IMG/VR virus record: IMGVR_UViG_3300000976_000008
Coordinates: 47,223-111,222 of that record
Direction: 5' to 3' (one strand)
Origin: a virus
Lineage: Duplodnaviria > Heunggongvirae > Uroviricota > Caudoviricetes
DNA length: 64,000 bases
A model generated the notes under the pieces. That model was not told where the DNA came from, searched no databases, and worked only from the letters and a program-made list of their open reading frames with translations. Both the position numbers and the translations under genes were made by a program. Positions 46,082 to 55,826 of this stretch are shown here, one piece after another. Numbering within the stretch: the first letter of the stretch is position 1; every line of letters begins with the position of its first letter.

Positions 46082-47236
46082 TTAATCTTCGTCTTCAAGT
46101 TGCTCAAGCAGCGAAGCAATCTCGTCGGATTCTCCTTCGTCATCATCGCCAGATTCTTCGGCTAACTTCTCAGCGTCAGTTTTACCAGCTTCTTCTGCTT
46201 CTGGCTCTTCTTCAAGAGGAGTTTCATCTGCTAGAGAATCTCCTTCATCATCGGCAGCTGCTTTCTCAAGCTGATCTACCACATCGACGTCATCGTCTTC
46301 TTCAGCTTCGGTTTCTGCCTTCTTCTTTTCTTCAGCCTTCTTCTTTGCAGCTTTAGCCTTTGCTTCAGCCTTAGCTTCAGCTTTAGCCTTCTTCTCAGCA
46401 TCATCCTTCGTAGCAGTTTCATCCTCGTCGAAACCACCACTTTCATCTTCATCATCGCCATCGACCATCACACTGAAGAGTTTCTTAACCTTCACTGGGT
46501 CTGGCGTTTCGAGTTTGCTCCATAGATTGTGACGAAGCTTGAGAAGAGCAGAAAGTGCTTTCTTATTTGCAGCACCTTCGGAATCCTTCACCATTGGTTG
46601 ACCTTCGCCCCCATTAGCCAAGAATTTACTGGTCTTGTAACTGTTTTGTCTGCCTTGGCGGGAAACTTCCAGTTGGAACAAGAATCCATTATTCTCATCG
46701 AAGAAGACACCGTGTGCTTCTGGCTCTTCCGGATCTCCAGCATCTTCACGAAGAAGAGCAGCGGTCCACTTGTCAAAACAAGTCTTTGGTGCGTTATACC
46801 ATTTGACCTTACCTCGCAATTCTTCTGGATTTCCCTTCCAATTAGTGAAGTAGATGTTGGTAGCATAATACGTAGTCGGCATCCATGTTCGAATGATCTT
46901 GCTACGCACATCTTGGTCGCTTTTGTTCTCCTTCAAGAGATCAAAGCCAAATTGGCAAATTGGACATTCTTCACCATTCCACACGCGGGGACATGGGTGA
47001 GGTCTATCGTTTACCCAGTGGTTAGCGTGAGCGATGAAGAACTGATCCATGTCCTTCTCTACTTCACCACTCTTGAGAATATCACCATTCATCAAAGGCG
47101 GAAGAACAAAGAATCGATACTTGATTTCTTTATTGTCGTCTTTAGCCTTCGCTGGTTTGAACTCATCTGGGTCAGTGAATTTACCAGATTGTGATTGTTT
47201 CAGTTTCTTGCGAATTGCTTCTACATCGTAAGCCAT
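46082..47236 (-). CDS. gp32-type single-stranded DNA-binding protein (SSB)
   Basis: YRFFVLPP...FFIAHANHW...PCPRVWNGEECPICQ matches T4 gp32 RFLP...NHGF plus Cys-x-Cys-xx-Cys zinc ligands. KVKWYNAPKTCFDKW matches KVFKYRFGKKIWDKI. The C-terminal tail is long and acidic. Confidence 0.9.
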   Translation of the reverse strand: MAYDVEAIRKKLKQSQSGKFTDPDEFKPAKAKDDNKEIKYRFFVLPPLMNGDILKSGEVEKDMDQFFIAHANHWVNDRPHPCPRVWNGEECPICQFGFDLLKENKSDQDVRSKIIRTWMPTTYYATNIYFTNWKGNPEELRGKVKWYNAPKTCFDKWTAALLREDAGDPEEPEAHGVFFDENNGFLFQLEVSRQGRQNSYKTSKFLANGGEGQPMVKDSEGAANKKALSALLKLRHNLWSKLETPDPVKVKKLFSVMVDGDDEDESGGFDEDETATKDDAEKKAKAEAKAEAKAKAAKKKAEEKKKAETEAEEDDDVDVVDQLEKAAADDEGDSLADETPLEEEPEAEEAGKTDAEKLAEESGDDDEGESDEIASLLEQLEDED

Positions 47237-47253
47237 TGTCGTATGTTCCTAAG

Positions 47254-47310
47254 CGTTGTTGAACGAATTTTGTTTAACGAATTTGTTGAACGAATTTGTT
47301 GAACGAATGT
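47254..47310 (-). promoter_or_regulatory. Tandem 13-nt repeats in the 5' leader of the gp32-like gene, a candidate translational operator
   Basis: The mRNA-sense sequence AUUCGUUCAACAA occurs four times, in a leader almost free of G, immediately upstream of the start codon at 47236. Confidence 0.45.
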
Positions 47311-47313
47311 TGT

Positions 47314-47877
47314 TTAAGTTGTTTTGTCAAATTCTTGTCGTTTACTGGCTGAAAGAGATCTACCTAAATCGGCTTTCATCTCCAATGCCTTGACTAGATG
47401 GTAAACCTTCCCAGTATGCATTTGCACTTTAGCAAGATTTTCTTCCAGTCTGATCAATTGGGAATCTTCTTCGACAACGACTTTGACTTGTTCGCCAGTA
47501 AGATTGACTCCCTCATCTTTCAATTTCTGTTTTATTTCACGTATCGCCTTTCCTTTCCGAATCTTAACAGCTTTTTCAAGAACTGCCACATTCATCCTAA
47601 GTTCAGAGTAAACCGCTGACCAGAACATATATTGAGTAGGAAGCTCTTCTAGCTGATACTCAACCAACTCCCTATCAAGAGCAAGTCCTGGCAACAAATC
47701 AAGTGTGATTGTCTTCGCTTTCTTGGTCTCAGGATCTTTCGTCCGAAGAGTAACTTTGAAAGTGAAAAGATCTGTACCCAAAAGTTCTTCAGGAATATTT
47801 TCCTCAGCCCAAAAGGGGAGGTCTAAATCTTTCTTTGGAACTTTATTCACCAGGTGGCTCCCAAGCATCTTTAACAA
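47314..47877 (-). CDS. Hypothetical protein at the position of T4 gene 59
   Basis: 187-aa ORF directly upstream of the gp32-like gene. I see no recognisable similarity to gp59. Confidence 0.35.
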   Translation of the reverse strand: MLKMLGSHLVNKVPKKDLDLPFWAEENIPEELLGTDLFTFKVTLRTKDPETKKAKTITLDLLPGLALDRELVEYQLEELPTQYMFWSAVYSELRMNVAVLEKAVKIRKGKAIREIKQKLKDEGVNLTGEQVKVVVEEDSQLIRLEENLAKVQMHTGKVYHLVKALEMKADLGRSLSASKRQEFDKTT

Positions 47878-48127
47878 ACCCAGTGGGTTTGGGCTTTTTA
47901 TTCAATACAGGCACTTTTTTAGCACCTGCCATAGCATTATTCGAATCAGGCGACATAGAAAAAGACCCCCGATCAAAAGTTGTTTCTTCAATATGTTCGA
48001 CTGGTTCAGTTTCCTCTGAAAGCATATTTCTCTTACTGGTCCGAAGCTTCAGACGTTTGATTCTCTTCAACTTCTTGGACGCTCGCCTTCTTTCCGCCTT
48101 CAGTTGTTTTTGCCTTTTTGCCGACAT
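47843..48127 (-). CDS. Small highly basic protein
   Basis: 94-aa ORF with a Lys/Arg-rich N-terminus. Confidence 0.3.
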   Translation of the reverse strand: MSAKRQKQLKAERRRASKKLKRIKRLKLRTSKRNMLSEETEPVEHIEETTFDRGSFSMSPDSNNAMAGAKKVPVLNKKPKPTGFVKDAWEPPGE

Positions 48128-49367
48128 GCGTCACGCCACTTTCTCGATAAACTCTAATTGTTTTCCATTTCTTCCATTTTCGACCCATACCCACTTTCAA
48201 CGGAAATGCAGGATTATCATCTAAAACGCCTTCAAAAGGATACAACATTATAGATGAAACTTTGTCAATTACCTTTTCCAGCAATTTCTCATCGGGTGGA
48301 CACGCCATAACAAGCGAGTCATGGATCTCAGCCACAATATATTGTGGATATATATCCCAAATGTGTCTTATACATAATTGCATAGCATGGGCCACAGAAC
48401 CTTGCATAGCACCATTCAACACAGCGAGAGCATTTTTAGCAAAAGCGAGTCGGAATCTGCGGTGCAACAAAGTTTCTAAAAATGCACCATCTTTGTTCAG
48501 TTTCTGCTTACATTGCCTAATCCATTTACCCAAACCAGGGTAGATGAAAGTCAAAGCATCACTGCTGAAGTCCATCGAGTTAATCGATTTCAACAAATAC
48601 GTCTTGCATTCATCTCTATCGATTTTCTCTTCAGATTCACTATTCAACTCTTCCATCATGAGTTGATATGGATCTGAAATTTCAAAAGCTCTCTGGAGTT
48701 GAGTATCACCAGATAGTAAGGATGCAACCCTAATATCAGCACAGATCCAGTCGAAATGGAGAAGTACCGCAGTATCACTCATACCAGTTGGTCGGATATT
48801 TGCTGGTTCAGAATATCCCTGAATGTTAAAACCAGTAGTTTTACTTCTCCCAGAAAAAGTTTTCTGTGACCAAATGGGTTTCCTATGAGAATAATTTATA
48901 AGAAGACCATGTCTCTCTAGATCCGCATAAACAAAAGCTGCACGAGCTAGAATCTTTTGATACTCGCAGAATGGTCTTTTTTCCATCCGCAGTATAGCAC
49001 CTCTAATAAAGGCATGGTCCTCTTGCCTAGATAGTAGAGTTTTGACATCGCCAAGGTGAATATCATAGACATCATAATCATGTTCATCCGGCAGATCAAA
49101 TGCCTTAATATGCGACATGAAGTCATTGATAACAATAGGCTTTGATTTCTTAGCTGCAGAAATCATCAATTTGCGAATAATCTTGATATTTTTAAAGATT
49201 TTCGCTAATGGTTTATTCTCACCAGATCTGTGAAATTCAACCAATATGATATCACCACCATCTTTAACACCAGCACAACGCGGTAATCCCGAATTGCGGT
49301 CAAACAGAGTAAAGATGTAAAGTGTTTCGTCCATGGTCTCGAATAACAAAACACAGCCGAGAACCAA
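48033..49367 (-). CDS. Minimal family-A DNA polymerase-like protein (palm/fingers only)
   Basis: LLHFDWICADIRV resembles motif A. RDECKTYLLKSINSMDFSS resembles motif B. IVAEIHDSLV resembles motif C (HDE). At 444 aa it has no exonuclease domain. Confidence 0.5.
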   Translation of the reverse strand: MVLGCVLLFETMDETLYIFTLFDRNSGLPRCAGVKDGGDIILVEFHRSGENKPLAKIFKNIKIIRKLMISAAKKSKPIVINDFMSHIKAFDLPDEHDYDVYDIHLGDVKTLLSRQEDHAFIRGAILRMEKRPFCEYQKILARAAFVYADLERHGLLINYSHRKPIWSQKTFSGRSKTTGFNIQGYSEPANIRPTGMSDTAVLLHFDWICADIRVASLLSGDTQLQRAFEISDPYQLMMEELNSESEEKIDRDECKTYLLKSINSMDFSSDALTFIYPGLGKWIRQCKQKLNKDGAFLETLLHRRFRLAFAKNALAVLNGAMQGSVAHAMQLCIRHIWDIYPQYIVAEIHDSLVMACPPDEKLLEKVIDKVSSIMLYPFEGVLDDNPAFPLKVGMGRKWKKWKTIRVYRESGVTHVGKKAKTTEGGKKASVQEVEENQTSEASDQ

Positions 49368-49406
49368 GATATATAGTGTTAATTGCTAGACCCAAAAGCC
49401 GAAGAG

Positions 49407-49919
49407 CTAAGTATCAGACTTCGGTGGCGGTTTCGAGACCACTTTATCGACAGCATCCTCAATAGTTTTACCCGTACGCGAACCGTAATGTCTCCTTTTG
49501 GAATTTCCATTACTATCATAACCATGTTGACCAGCTTTTTTCAACTTATTGTCAATATGATCGACTTCGCCAGGGACACGGTATTGGGCATATGGATCAT
49601 CGTTCGCCAATTTATGACGATTCATATCACGTTTCACACCGGCCTTATCAAGCCAGCCATATCCCTTAGTATATCCAGAGACTCTACACCCATACACAGT
49701 CTTAACTGCATTAGTGCTTTTACAGCGTGGGCACTCTGTGGCTTTCAGCAATTCTTCTTCAGTGGGAGACATTGGATGAGAAGTTTGAAAAAGAATCAAA
49801 CTCTCATACATCTCATCTGGTAATTGCCGATCACCAAAAGCATCCTCCGTGACATGCTCTGAATGTTTAGCGAATGCCGTTTCTTTGCAATCTAGGCATT
49901 CATAGTTATAATCGGGCAT
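49407..49919 (-). CDS. Zinc-ribbon protein
   Basis: Paired CxxC motifs: YECLDCKE ... CPRCKS. Confidence 0.35.
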   Translation of the reverse strand: MPDYNYECLDCKETAFAKHSEHVTEDAFGDRQLPDEMYESLILFQTSHPMSPTEEELLKATECPRCKSTNAVKTVYGCRVSGYTKGYGWLDKAGVKRDMNRHKLANDDPYAQYRVPGEVDHIDNKLKKAGQHGYDSNGNSKRRHYGSRTGKTIEDAVDKVVSKPPPKSDT

Positions 49920-49922
49920 CGT

Positions 49923-50369
49923 TTATCCCTTATATGACTCCCACTCAATCTTACGATGTAATTTGCAAAGAGTGTTCTTCTCCGACATCAGAACAACTCT
50001 ATGCCCAGCGTAAGGTGGGCTATCGGAGGCGATTTCCATAATAACGTTCTTACCGAACATCACCACATCGCCAATTTCAAGTTGCGACTTGGTTCGACCA
50101 CCAGCATTATCCGGAAGACCGCATCCAACCCCAACAACAATTCCTTCATTCTTGTATTTAGATTCAGAATCTGGAACAACAATGCTCCCCGAATCATGTT
50201 CGAACACAAGAATAGCAACAAAATCATTCAGACATTCTACTTCGCGAATCTGAACAACTGATCTTGCGTTTGCTTCACCTTCCATTAGAGCAGATGGTGC
50301 GACTGGTGTATCAACTTCTTCCTGAGCATTCAATTTATCAGAGTGATGCTCATTTTGTGGTATAGTCAT
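49923..50369 (-). CDS. GroES-like co-chaperonin with an N-terminal extension
   Basis: GIVVGVGCGLPDNAGGRTKSQLEIGDVVMF...VVLMSEKNTLC resembles the GroES mobile-loop and roof region. This is functionally analogous to T4 gp31. Confidence 0.55.
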   Translation of the reverse strand: MTIPQNEHHSDKLNAQEEVDTPVAPSALMEGEANARSVVQIREVECLNDFVAILVFEHDSGSIVVPDSESKYKNEGIVVGVGCGLPDNAGGRTKSQLEIGDVVMFGKNVIMEIASDSPPYAGHRVVLMSEKNTLCKLHRKIEWESYKG

Positions 50370-50399
50370 ATCGATCCTTTTCCCTTGTGACTCTGATAT

Positions 50400-50636
50400 C
50401 TACTCTTCAGAGTCTGGGGAAAGACTATGCATACCCTGAATCTCATCTATTTCATCCAACTCTACTATTGGATTTTCTATAAACCTAACGTTCGTCTTAC
50501 GTTTCGGCACCGAAGGTGAATTACCAACTTGTACTTGAAATCCGCTTCCATCTTTGGCTAATGTAAACCCAACTCTCTCGATAGTTTTCCGCACAGTTGG
50601 GGATACATCAACATCAATGGCGATTCGTAACTTCAT
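50400..50636 (-). CDS. Hypothetical protein
   Basis: 78-aa ORF. Confidence 0.3.
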   Translation of the reverse strand: MKLRIAIDVDVSPTVRKTIERVGFTLAKDGSGFQVQVGNSPSVPKRKTNVRFIENPIVELDEIDEIQGMHSLSPDSEE

Positions 50637-51973
50637 TACTCTTCTTTCACGTGCATCGTGTTATAATTGATTACACAATCGACTGTTTGATGCTTTGGAC
50701 CATTTCGGTTTTTAGCAATAAACATGCTCAATCGCGGTGGAGTAGCTTTTCTCTGCGAATCGTTCTGATTCAAACTGACAACATAATCAAGAGAGAATTG
50801 CTTTGCAAAACTCTCAGCAGCCTTTGATAAGTCAGCATATCCTTCTTCGGAAGCACCACTACGGTTAGTTTGGGTAGCAGTAAAAACAAGAACATTTTCA
50901 TTTTTGGCTAAACCACGCACTTCGTTAGCAACATGCTTTTGCCGTGTGTAGTCATCCTTATTATAATCAACATTTCTACTGACCATCAAATCCATATAAT
51001 CTAGGATAACAACATCCGGCTTGAAACCTTCTGTTCTTCTCAAATTATCCAGCAAAGCATAGATATGACTAACACTACATTCATCTGGTGGCCACTCAAA
51101 GATGACAAATCTCTTGTTGTACGTCCTCTTCATTTGTTCGACAACCCTATCGACATATGGTTGCCGATCCGCCAAATCGTTCAAAGGTACATCAGTACAT
51201 GCCGCACCAAGGCATCTCATAGCAGTTTTGAGTGTGTCAAGCTCGAAAGTGATTAGTAGAACATCTTGGCCAGGTGTCCCGTCGCGGCCAGTACCCTTCA
51301 ACGAGGATATAGCATTATTACACAACAGAATTGACTTACCAACGTTCGTAGCAGCAAGCCAGCATAAAACCTCTTTGGGAGAAGGACCGCCGTTATTTAG
51401 ATACTTATCAAGTTTGGCAAAACCTGTTGTGCGATGCTCGATAGCATCAGCTTCGAACAATATCTTATAATTATCAAGAAACCAGAAACCTTGTTGACCA
51501 ACATCAGCGATTCTATTCGCCTCATTAACGATAGAATCTAGTTGATCATAATCACCACGTGCATAAGCTTCTTGGGCTTCATCACCGAACAACAAACCAT
51601 AAGCTCTATCTTTCGCCCAGCGTAGGAGAGTTTCCTTAATAATAGGCACTTCTCTTGGATCAGATTGCTTTTCAACAAGCTCTAAGATTCGTTCCCAAGG
51701 GTCATCCTCAGTCATTGAACCAATTAAGCGATCACGTAGCAATGGTCTAGAAGGAACTACGCTGAATTTCTCAAAAGAATTCAGAACTTCAGCTATGATC
51801 CATCGGCATTCCAATGAGCCAAACATTTCCGGCTTCATGAAGCGACCAACAGATGTAAAAAACTCTGGGTGGTCTAAAGCAAGAGATATTATAGATTCTT
51901 CTTCATAAGGACCAAACGGTTTGATTTCGTCATCATCACCCAGTCCCTTTAATCTATCAAGCGTAGTCGCCAT
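50636..51973 (-). CDS. dnaB: Replicative DNA helicase (DnaB / T4 gp41 family)
   Basis: The C-terminal RecA-like domain has Walker A LAATNVGKS and a DnaB-type N-terminal helical domain. Its length of 445 aa fits the family. Confidence 0.85.
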   Translation of the reverse strand: MATTLDRLKGLGDDDEIKPFGPYEEESIISLALDHPEFFTSVGRFMKPEMFGSLECRWIIAEVLNSFEKFSVVPSRPLLRDRLIGSMTEDDPWERILELVEKQSDPREVPIIKETLLRWAKDRAYGLLFGDEAQEAYARGDYDQLDSIVNEANRIADVGQQGFWFLDNYKILFEADAIEHRTTGFAKLDKYLNNGGPSPKEVLCWLAATNVGKSILLCNNAISSLKGTGRDGTPGQDVLLITFELDTLKTAMRCLGAACTDVPLNDLADRQPYVDRVVEQMKRTYNKRFVIFEWPPDECSVSHIYALLDNLRRTEGFKPDVVILDYMDLMVSRNVDYNKDDYTRQKHVANEVRGLAKNENVLVFTATQTNRSGASEEGYADLSKAAESFAKQFSLDYVVSLNQNDSQRKATPPRLSMFIAKNRNGPKHQTVDCVINYNTMHVKEE

Positions 51974-52302
51974 TATCCGTCCAATGTGGGATTCTCACCA
52001 AGAATGCTAATTCTTCTCTGCCTGATGCTATCAAGCTGTCTTTGAGCATTCGCTTCAGCCAAAAGTAAAGCCTCGCCTAAATCGACGAATTCTGCCTCGC
52101 TGAATTGCAAAATAGCACCATTTACGCCAGAACCAAGATGATTCATCGGCCTCTGCATCGAGTTGACGTAAATCGTATAAGTCCAACCATTTAAGCCGCG
52201 AGTAACACCACTAATAGTCACGGCTTCCAGATGTCCTAGAGCTGCTGATTCTTTCAAATACAGAGTGTCTTTGACATCATACAATGGTGGTTCAATCGAC
52301 AT
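51973..52302 (-). CDS. Hypothetical protein
   Basis: 109-aa ORF lying between recA and dnaB. Confidence 0.3.
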   Translation of the reverse strand: MSIEPPLYDVKDTLYLKESAALGHLEAVTISGVTRGLNGWTYTIYVNSMQRPMNHLGSGVNGAILQFSEAEFVDLGEALLLAEANAQRQLDSIRQRRISILGENPTLDG

Positions 52303-53428
52303 CGTCTAAAATCTCCGAAGTATCAAGGGTAGACTCTTGGGGGATCTTTCTCCTATCCCTTGCTCTAGTTTTCTTCTCTTCAATTGCATCAAAAAGACCA
52401 GCGTATATTTGGTTCTTAAGCGTATTCAATGTCTCTTCGTCTTCTCTCAAAGCAGCAGCTGCCTTTGCTATGCCATTCCCCAAACTCTTACCATCAAGAC
52501 TAATAAAATTCCCCTTTCTAGTCAATATGTTGTATTCCAGACCAATATCTATAAATGATTGAACAGTATCAATCCCAGATACAGGATTACCACTATAGAT
52601 AAAGTATTCTGCCTCGGCAAAAGGCTTACCACCCACTTTGGTCTTAATAATCTTAGCCTTAGGACTAAATCCTTGTACCTCTCCGCCATCGTTAATTTTA
52701 GAGCCTTTGTTTACTTGAATCCTAACAGACGCAGCAAATTTCAATGCCTTGCCACCAGGAGTGGTAGTAGGATCACCAAACATCACTCCAATCTTTTCTC
52801 TAGTTTGGTTAATGAAGATCAAAGTGCATTGGTTCTTATTGACTTCTTTATATAATTTACGCATTGCTTGGCTCATCATGCGAGCTTGAGCACCGACATG
52901 ATGATCGCCAATTTCGCCTTCCAATTCAGCTTTGGGGATTAGTGCGGCAACAGAGTCAACCACAATGAGATCAACAAGACCACTAGCTGCCAATTTCTCA
53001 GCAATCTGCAGAGCCTGCTCACCATAATCTGGTTGCGAGAATAACAAATTGTCCCAATCAACACCAATCAACTGTGCCCAAGTAGGATCGACAGCATGTT
53101 CAGCATCAACAAATGCCGCAACCCCATGACGACCCTCTTCCCCTTTTTCTTTGAAGAAATGCTTCTGGCAAGATGCTACAATATGAAGACATAAAGTTGT
53201 TTTTCCACAGCTCTCCGTGCCAAATATTTCCATAATCCTGCCTTGAGGAACTCCACCACATCCCAAAGCTCTATCAAGAGAAGCAATACCAGATGGGAAA
53301 ACATCCACATCAACAATAGCTTCTGCACCCATAATAATAGAATTCTCGCCATACTGAGAATCTATTTGTTGTAATAGACCAGAAATAGATTCTGGTTTAG
53401 GAGCTTTCTTTTTTTGTGCTTTTGCCAT
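52292..53428 (-). CDS. recA: RecA recombinase (bacterial type)
   Basis: The protein is co-linear with E. coli RecA from SLDRALGCGGVPQGRIMEIFGTESCGKTT through AFVDAEHAVDP, SQPDYGEQALQIAEKLAASG, VVDSVAAL, AQARMMSQAMRKL and IFINQTREKIGVMFG. Confidence 0.95.
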   Translation of the reverse strand: MAKAQKKKAPKPESISGLLQQIDSQYGENSIIMGAEAIVDVDVFPSGIASLDRALGCGGVPQGRIMEIFGTESCGKTTLCLHIVASCQKHFFKEKGEEGRHGVAAFVDAEHAVDPTWAQLIGVDWDNLLFSQPDYGEQALQIAEKLAASGLVDLIVVDSVAALIPKAELEGEIGDHHVGAQARMMSQAMRKLYKEVNKNQCTLIFINQTREKIGVMFGDPTTTPGGKALKFAASVRIQVNKGSKINDGGEVQGFSPKAKIIKTKVGGKPFAEAEYFIYSGNPVSGIDTVQSFIDIGLEYNILTRKGNFISLDGKSLGNGIAKAAAALREDEETLNTLKNQIYAGLFDAIEEKKTRARDRRKIPQESTLDTSEILDDVD

Positions 53429-53693
53429 TGGATAAATTCCCTAGATTCTTTATGATCTTTTCAATGCTGTAGTCAGCTATTTTTAACACATCCGCAGCCG
53501 GTATCTTTATGACCACATTGTTCTGTACCACCAACAATTCATCATTGCCAATCGCCGCAGTCACAGACCATATTCCAGAAGGAGTTGGATTACTAGCATT
53601 TTCTCCAGATGGTGGAGCAGATAAATAGGAAACCCGACGAGTTGTGACCAATCGAACTTGATCGAAGATTCCAATTTTCGTTGAATTGTCCAT
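53397..53693 (-). CDS. Hypothetical protein upstream of recA
   Basis: 98-aa ORF that overlaps the recA start. Confidence 0.3.
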   Translation of the reverse strand: MDNSTKIGIFDQVRLVTTRRVSYLSAPPSGENASNPTPSGIWSVTAAIGNDELLVVQNNVVIKIPAADVLKIADYSIEKIIKNLGNLSNGKSTKKESS

Positions 53694-53744
53694 CAGTAAT
53701 CACTCTTCGTTCAAAACTAATTATGAGTCCTATGGAGAAACAAC

Positions 53745-54287
53745 ATGGCATTGAGTAAAACAGAATTATTAATAGCTGAAGCTGTCGGATCGATGCTGAA
53801 GCAAGATGCGATGCTGGGGCTATCAGTACATTCCTCAGATCATGAGGAAATGGGATCTACAGAAAGAGGCTATGAATATCTACATGGCCAAATCGACGAC
53901 ATGTTTCAAGTGAAGGCAGCAGAATTGGTACACGCCGAAAGTGTTTGCCAAGCCTTCAGATCTGTCCATAATTACAAATATGTCGATGATCCAAGCTTTC
54001 TAACCGCTATGGAAAAACAAATGGTCGCCCAAGCGGTACCGGCAGAAGATCGGCAGAAAGCAAGTGGGTTTGTTCCAACAATCATCAAAGAATTGAAAGC
54101 GGAACAGGCAGAATGGGCAGAAAAAGATTTTGGATTCAATCCGAAGCTAAACGAAATCAGAGAGCACAGTAAACCAGATCAGCCACTAGACTTCAACATC
54201 GAAGAGGTAGACGGTTGGCCAACTAAAGCCAATGTCGAGTGGGATAAGGGCAACGCAAGCCCAGGTAGAATCTCTGAAAACGAATGA
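53745..54287 (+). CDS. Hypothetical acidic protein (opposite strand)
   Basis: 180-aa plus-strand ORF. Confidence 0.35.
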   Translation: MALSKTELLIAEAVGSMLKQDAMLGLSVHSSDHEEMGSTERGYEYLHGQIDDMFQVKAAELVHAESVCQAFRSVHNYKYVDDPSFLTAMEKQMVAQAVPAEDRQKASGFVPTIIKELKAEQAEWAEKDFGFNPKLNEIREHSKPDQPLDFNIEEVDGWPTKANVEWDKGNASPGRISENE

Positions 54288-54526
54288 AACTCCGCCAAAT
54301 AACAGAAAATCTGTTAACACAACAGATGCGGGGCCAATTCCTAAAATCAAGCTCTTATGTCTACAGACCATTCCTAAGAGCAGATATGCTATATAATCCC
54401 CAAGGTGGTAGTGACTTTGGGACTAGAATAAATAGTAGCATATCGTCAGCATCTGGAGTCCCAACAAAACCCAGAAATAGGCAATATCTTGGAATGGAAA
54501 ATCGACCAGGGTCCATCAGACTCTAA
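54284..54526 (+). CDS. Hypothetical small protein
   Basis: 80-aa ORF coupled to the previous gene. Confidence 0.25.
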   Translation: MKLRQITENLLTQQMRGQFLKSSSYVYRPFLRADMLYNPQGGSDFGTRINSSISSASGVPTKPRNRQYLGMENRPGSIRL

Positions 54527-55344
54527 TAAGTCGAGATAAGTCCTTGCCCATCACATTTAGGGCAGTCTATCGTTTCACCAGCATTTTTCAGCCGACCGAC
54601 ACCACGGCACATTGGGCAATTAACCGTGGTGTTTGAATATCCATTCCTAGCAAAGTTTGGCACTTTATTTTGATGAATTGAGTCATCTGCCATCTTTTTG
54701 AAACGGTCTTGAAGAGTTCTATCATTTTCTTTATTTGAAACCCTAATGCGGGTTGTGCCGGTCCCATCCACACGCTTTTCTGGAATAGCAATAGGCATAC
54801 CTTCTCGTGCCTCAACCATCGCCATCTTAGCCTTGCCTTGCAATAATTCTGGCGACAAAACATCCTCATTACCTGATACAACATGAGAGCTATGGGAAGA
54901 AACAGCACCCATGGAGGTAGATCCACCCACAGATTGCATTCCAGAATTTCCGTCGATAACAGATGTCGATACTACATCAGGATCAGCAATATCCATGACT
55001 TCGCCTGACGGCGTTTTTGGAACCTCAGTTATAAGAGTTGGCGTAGGCTTTGGCGTTTCCGCTTTTTGCTCCTGAGGAGCCATAGTGACTAAAGAATTAC
55101 CACTAGCTGGTGCCAATTCAAAACCCATCGCTTTTGCTTGGGCTAAAAATTCTTCAACTTTCTTCTGTTTGACTATATATGCTTCTCGCACAGTCTTTAT
55201 AGTAGCATCTTCGGCATGCTCGTCGCAAATATCGACAGAAACTTTAGCATCATCAACAGTGATTATCATCTCATTGTTGAGATTACTTGTGGTCTCGCAA
55301 AATACACATTGTTTCATCATAATCCTCACAAACTCACAGAACAC
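54523..55344 (-). CDS. Zinc-finger protein with DnaJ-type CxxCxGxG repeats
   Basis: The N-terminus has CVFCE...CDEH. The C-terminus has CPMCRGVGRL...CPKCDGQG. Confidence 0.4.
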   Translation of the reverse strand: MFCEFVRIMMKQCVFCETTSNLNNEMIITVDDAKVSVDICDEHAEDATIKTVREAYIVKQKKVEEFLAQAKAMGFELAPASGNSLVTMAPQEQKAETPKPTPTLITEVPKTPSGEVMDIADPDVVSTSVIDGNSGMQSVGGSTSMGAVSSHSSHVVSGNEDVLSPELLQGKAKMAMVEAREGMPIAIPEKRVDGTGTTRIRVSNKENDRTLQDRFKKMADDSIHQNKVPNFARNGYSNTTVNCPMCRGVGRLKNAGETIDCPKCDGQGLISTY

Positions 55345-55394
55345 ATAGACGTGTTAGTAAATATACTAAGCATCCTGGAAATCGAGTAATCCAA

Positions 55395-55826
55395 ATGACT
55401 AAAGTATCTATCATAGAAGTAGATCTCGGCTTACGCATCAGTGACATCATAAAAGATGACGTCATTGCTCTAACGGGTGCCGCACAAGTTCAATTGACTG
55501 AAGCGATTGCTGAAAGAAAACAAATCGAAAAGGTCAAAATAGAAAGATCCAATGCAAAAAAGAAAGCCAGCGACAAAATAGTAAATGCTCTCACAAAGGC
55601 ATATGAAGCATTAGAAGAAGCTGCAAAAAATGGTGATGGTGTAACCGTTGAAACAATTATGGAAATCATAGACGGAGCAGTACCAAATACTTCAGCATTC
55701 ACCTTAAGAATGAAAAAATTCCTGAAGGACAAAGACAACCCATATATGATCACTAGGAAGAAGATCTCAAAAGTGGCACATTATTTCTTTGAGGCTTTCA
55801 ACGAAGATCCTCAAGAATCGCCATAA
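55395..55826 (+). CDS. Hypothetical protein (opposite strand)
   Basis: 143-aa ORF. Confidence 0.35.
   Translation: MTKVSIIEVDLGLRISDIIKDDVIALTGAAQVQLTEAIAERKQIEKVKIERSNAKKKASDKIVNALTKAYEALEEAAKNGDGVTVETIMEIIDGAVPNTSAFTLRMKKFLKDKDNPYMITRKKISKVAHYFFEAFNEDPQESP

Noticed and set aside
47254-47310. Possible CRISPR-like array or spacer repeats. Also considered for the 15-nt repeats at 58770-58860 and the 9-nt repeats at 14625-14650.
   Set aside because: The repeats are directly tandem with no unique spacers. Two of the three sets lie inside ORFs and encode peptide repeats. The third is an mRNA leader. No cas genes are present.
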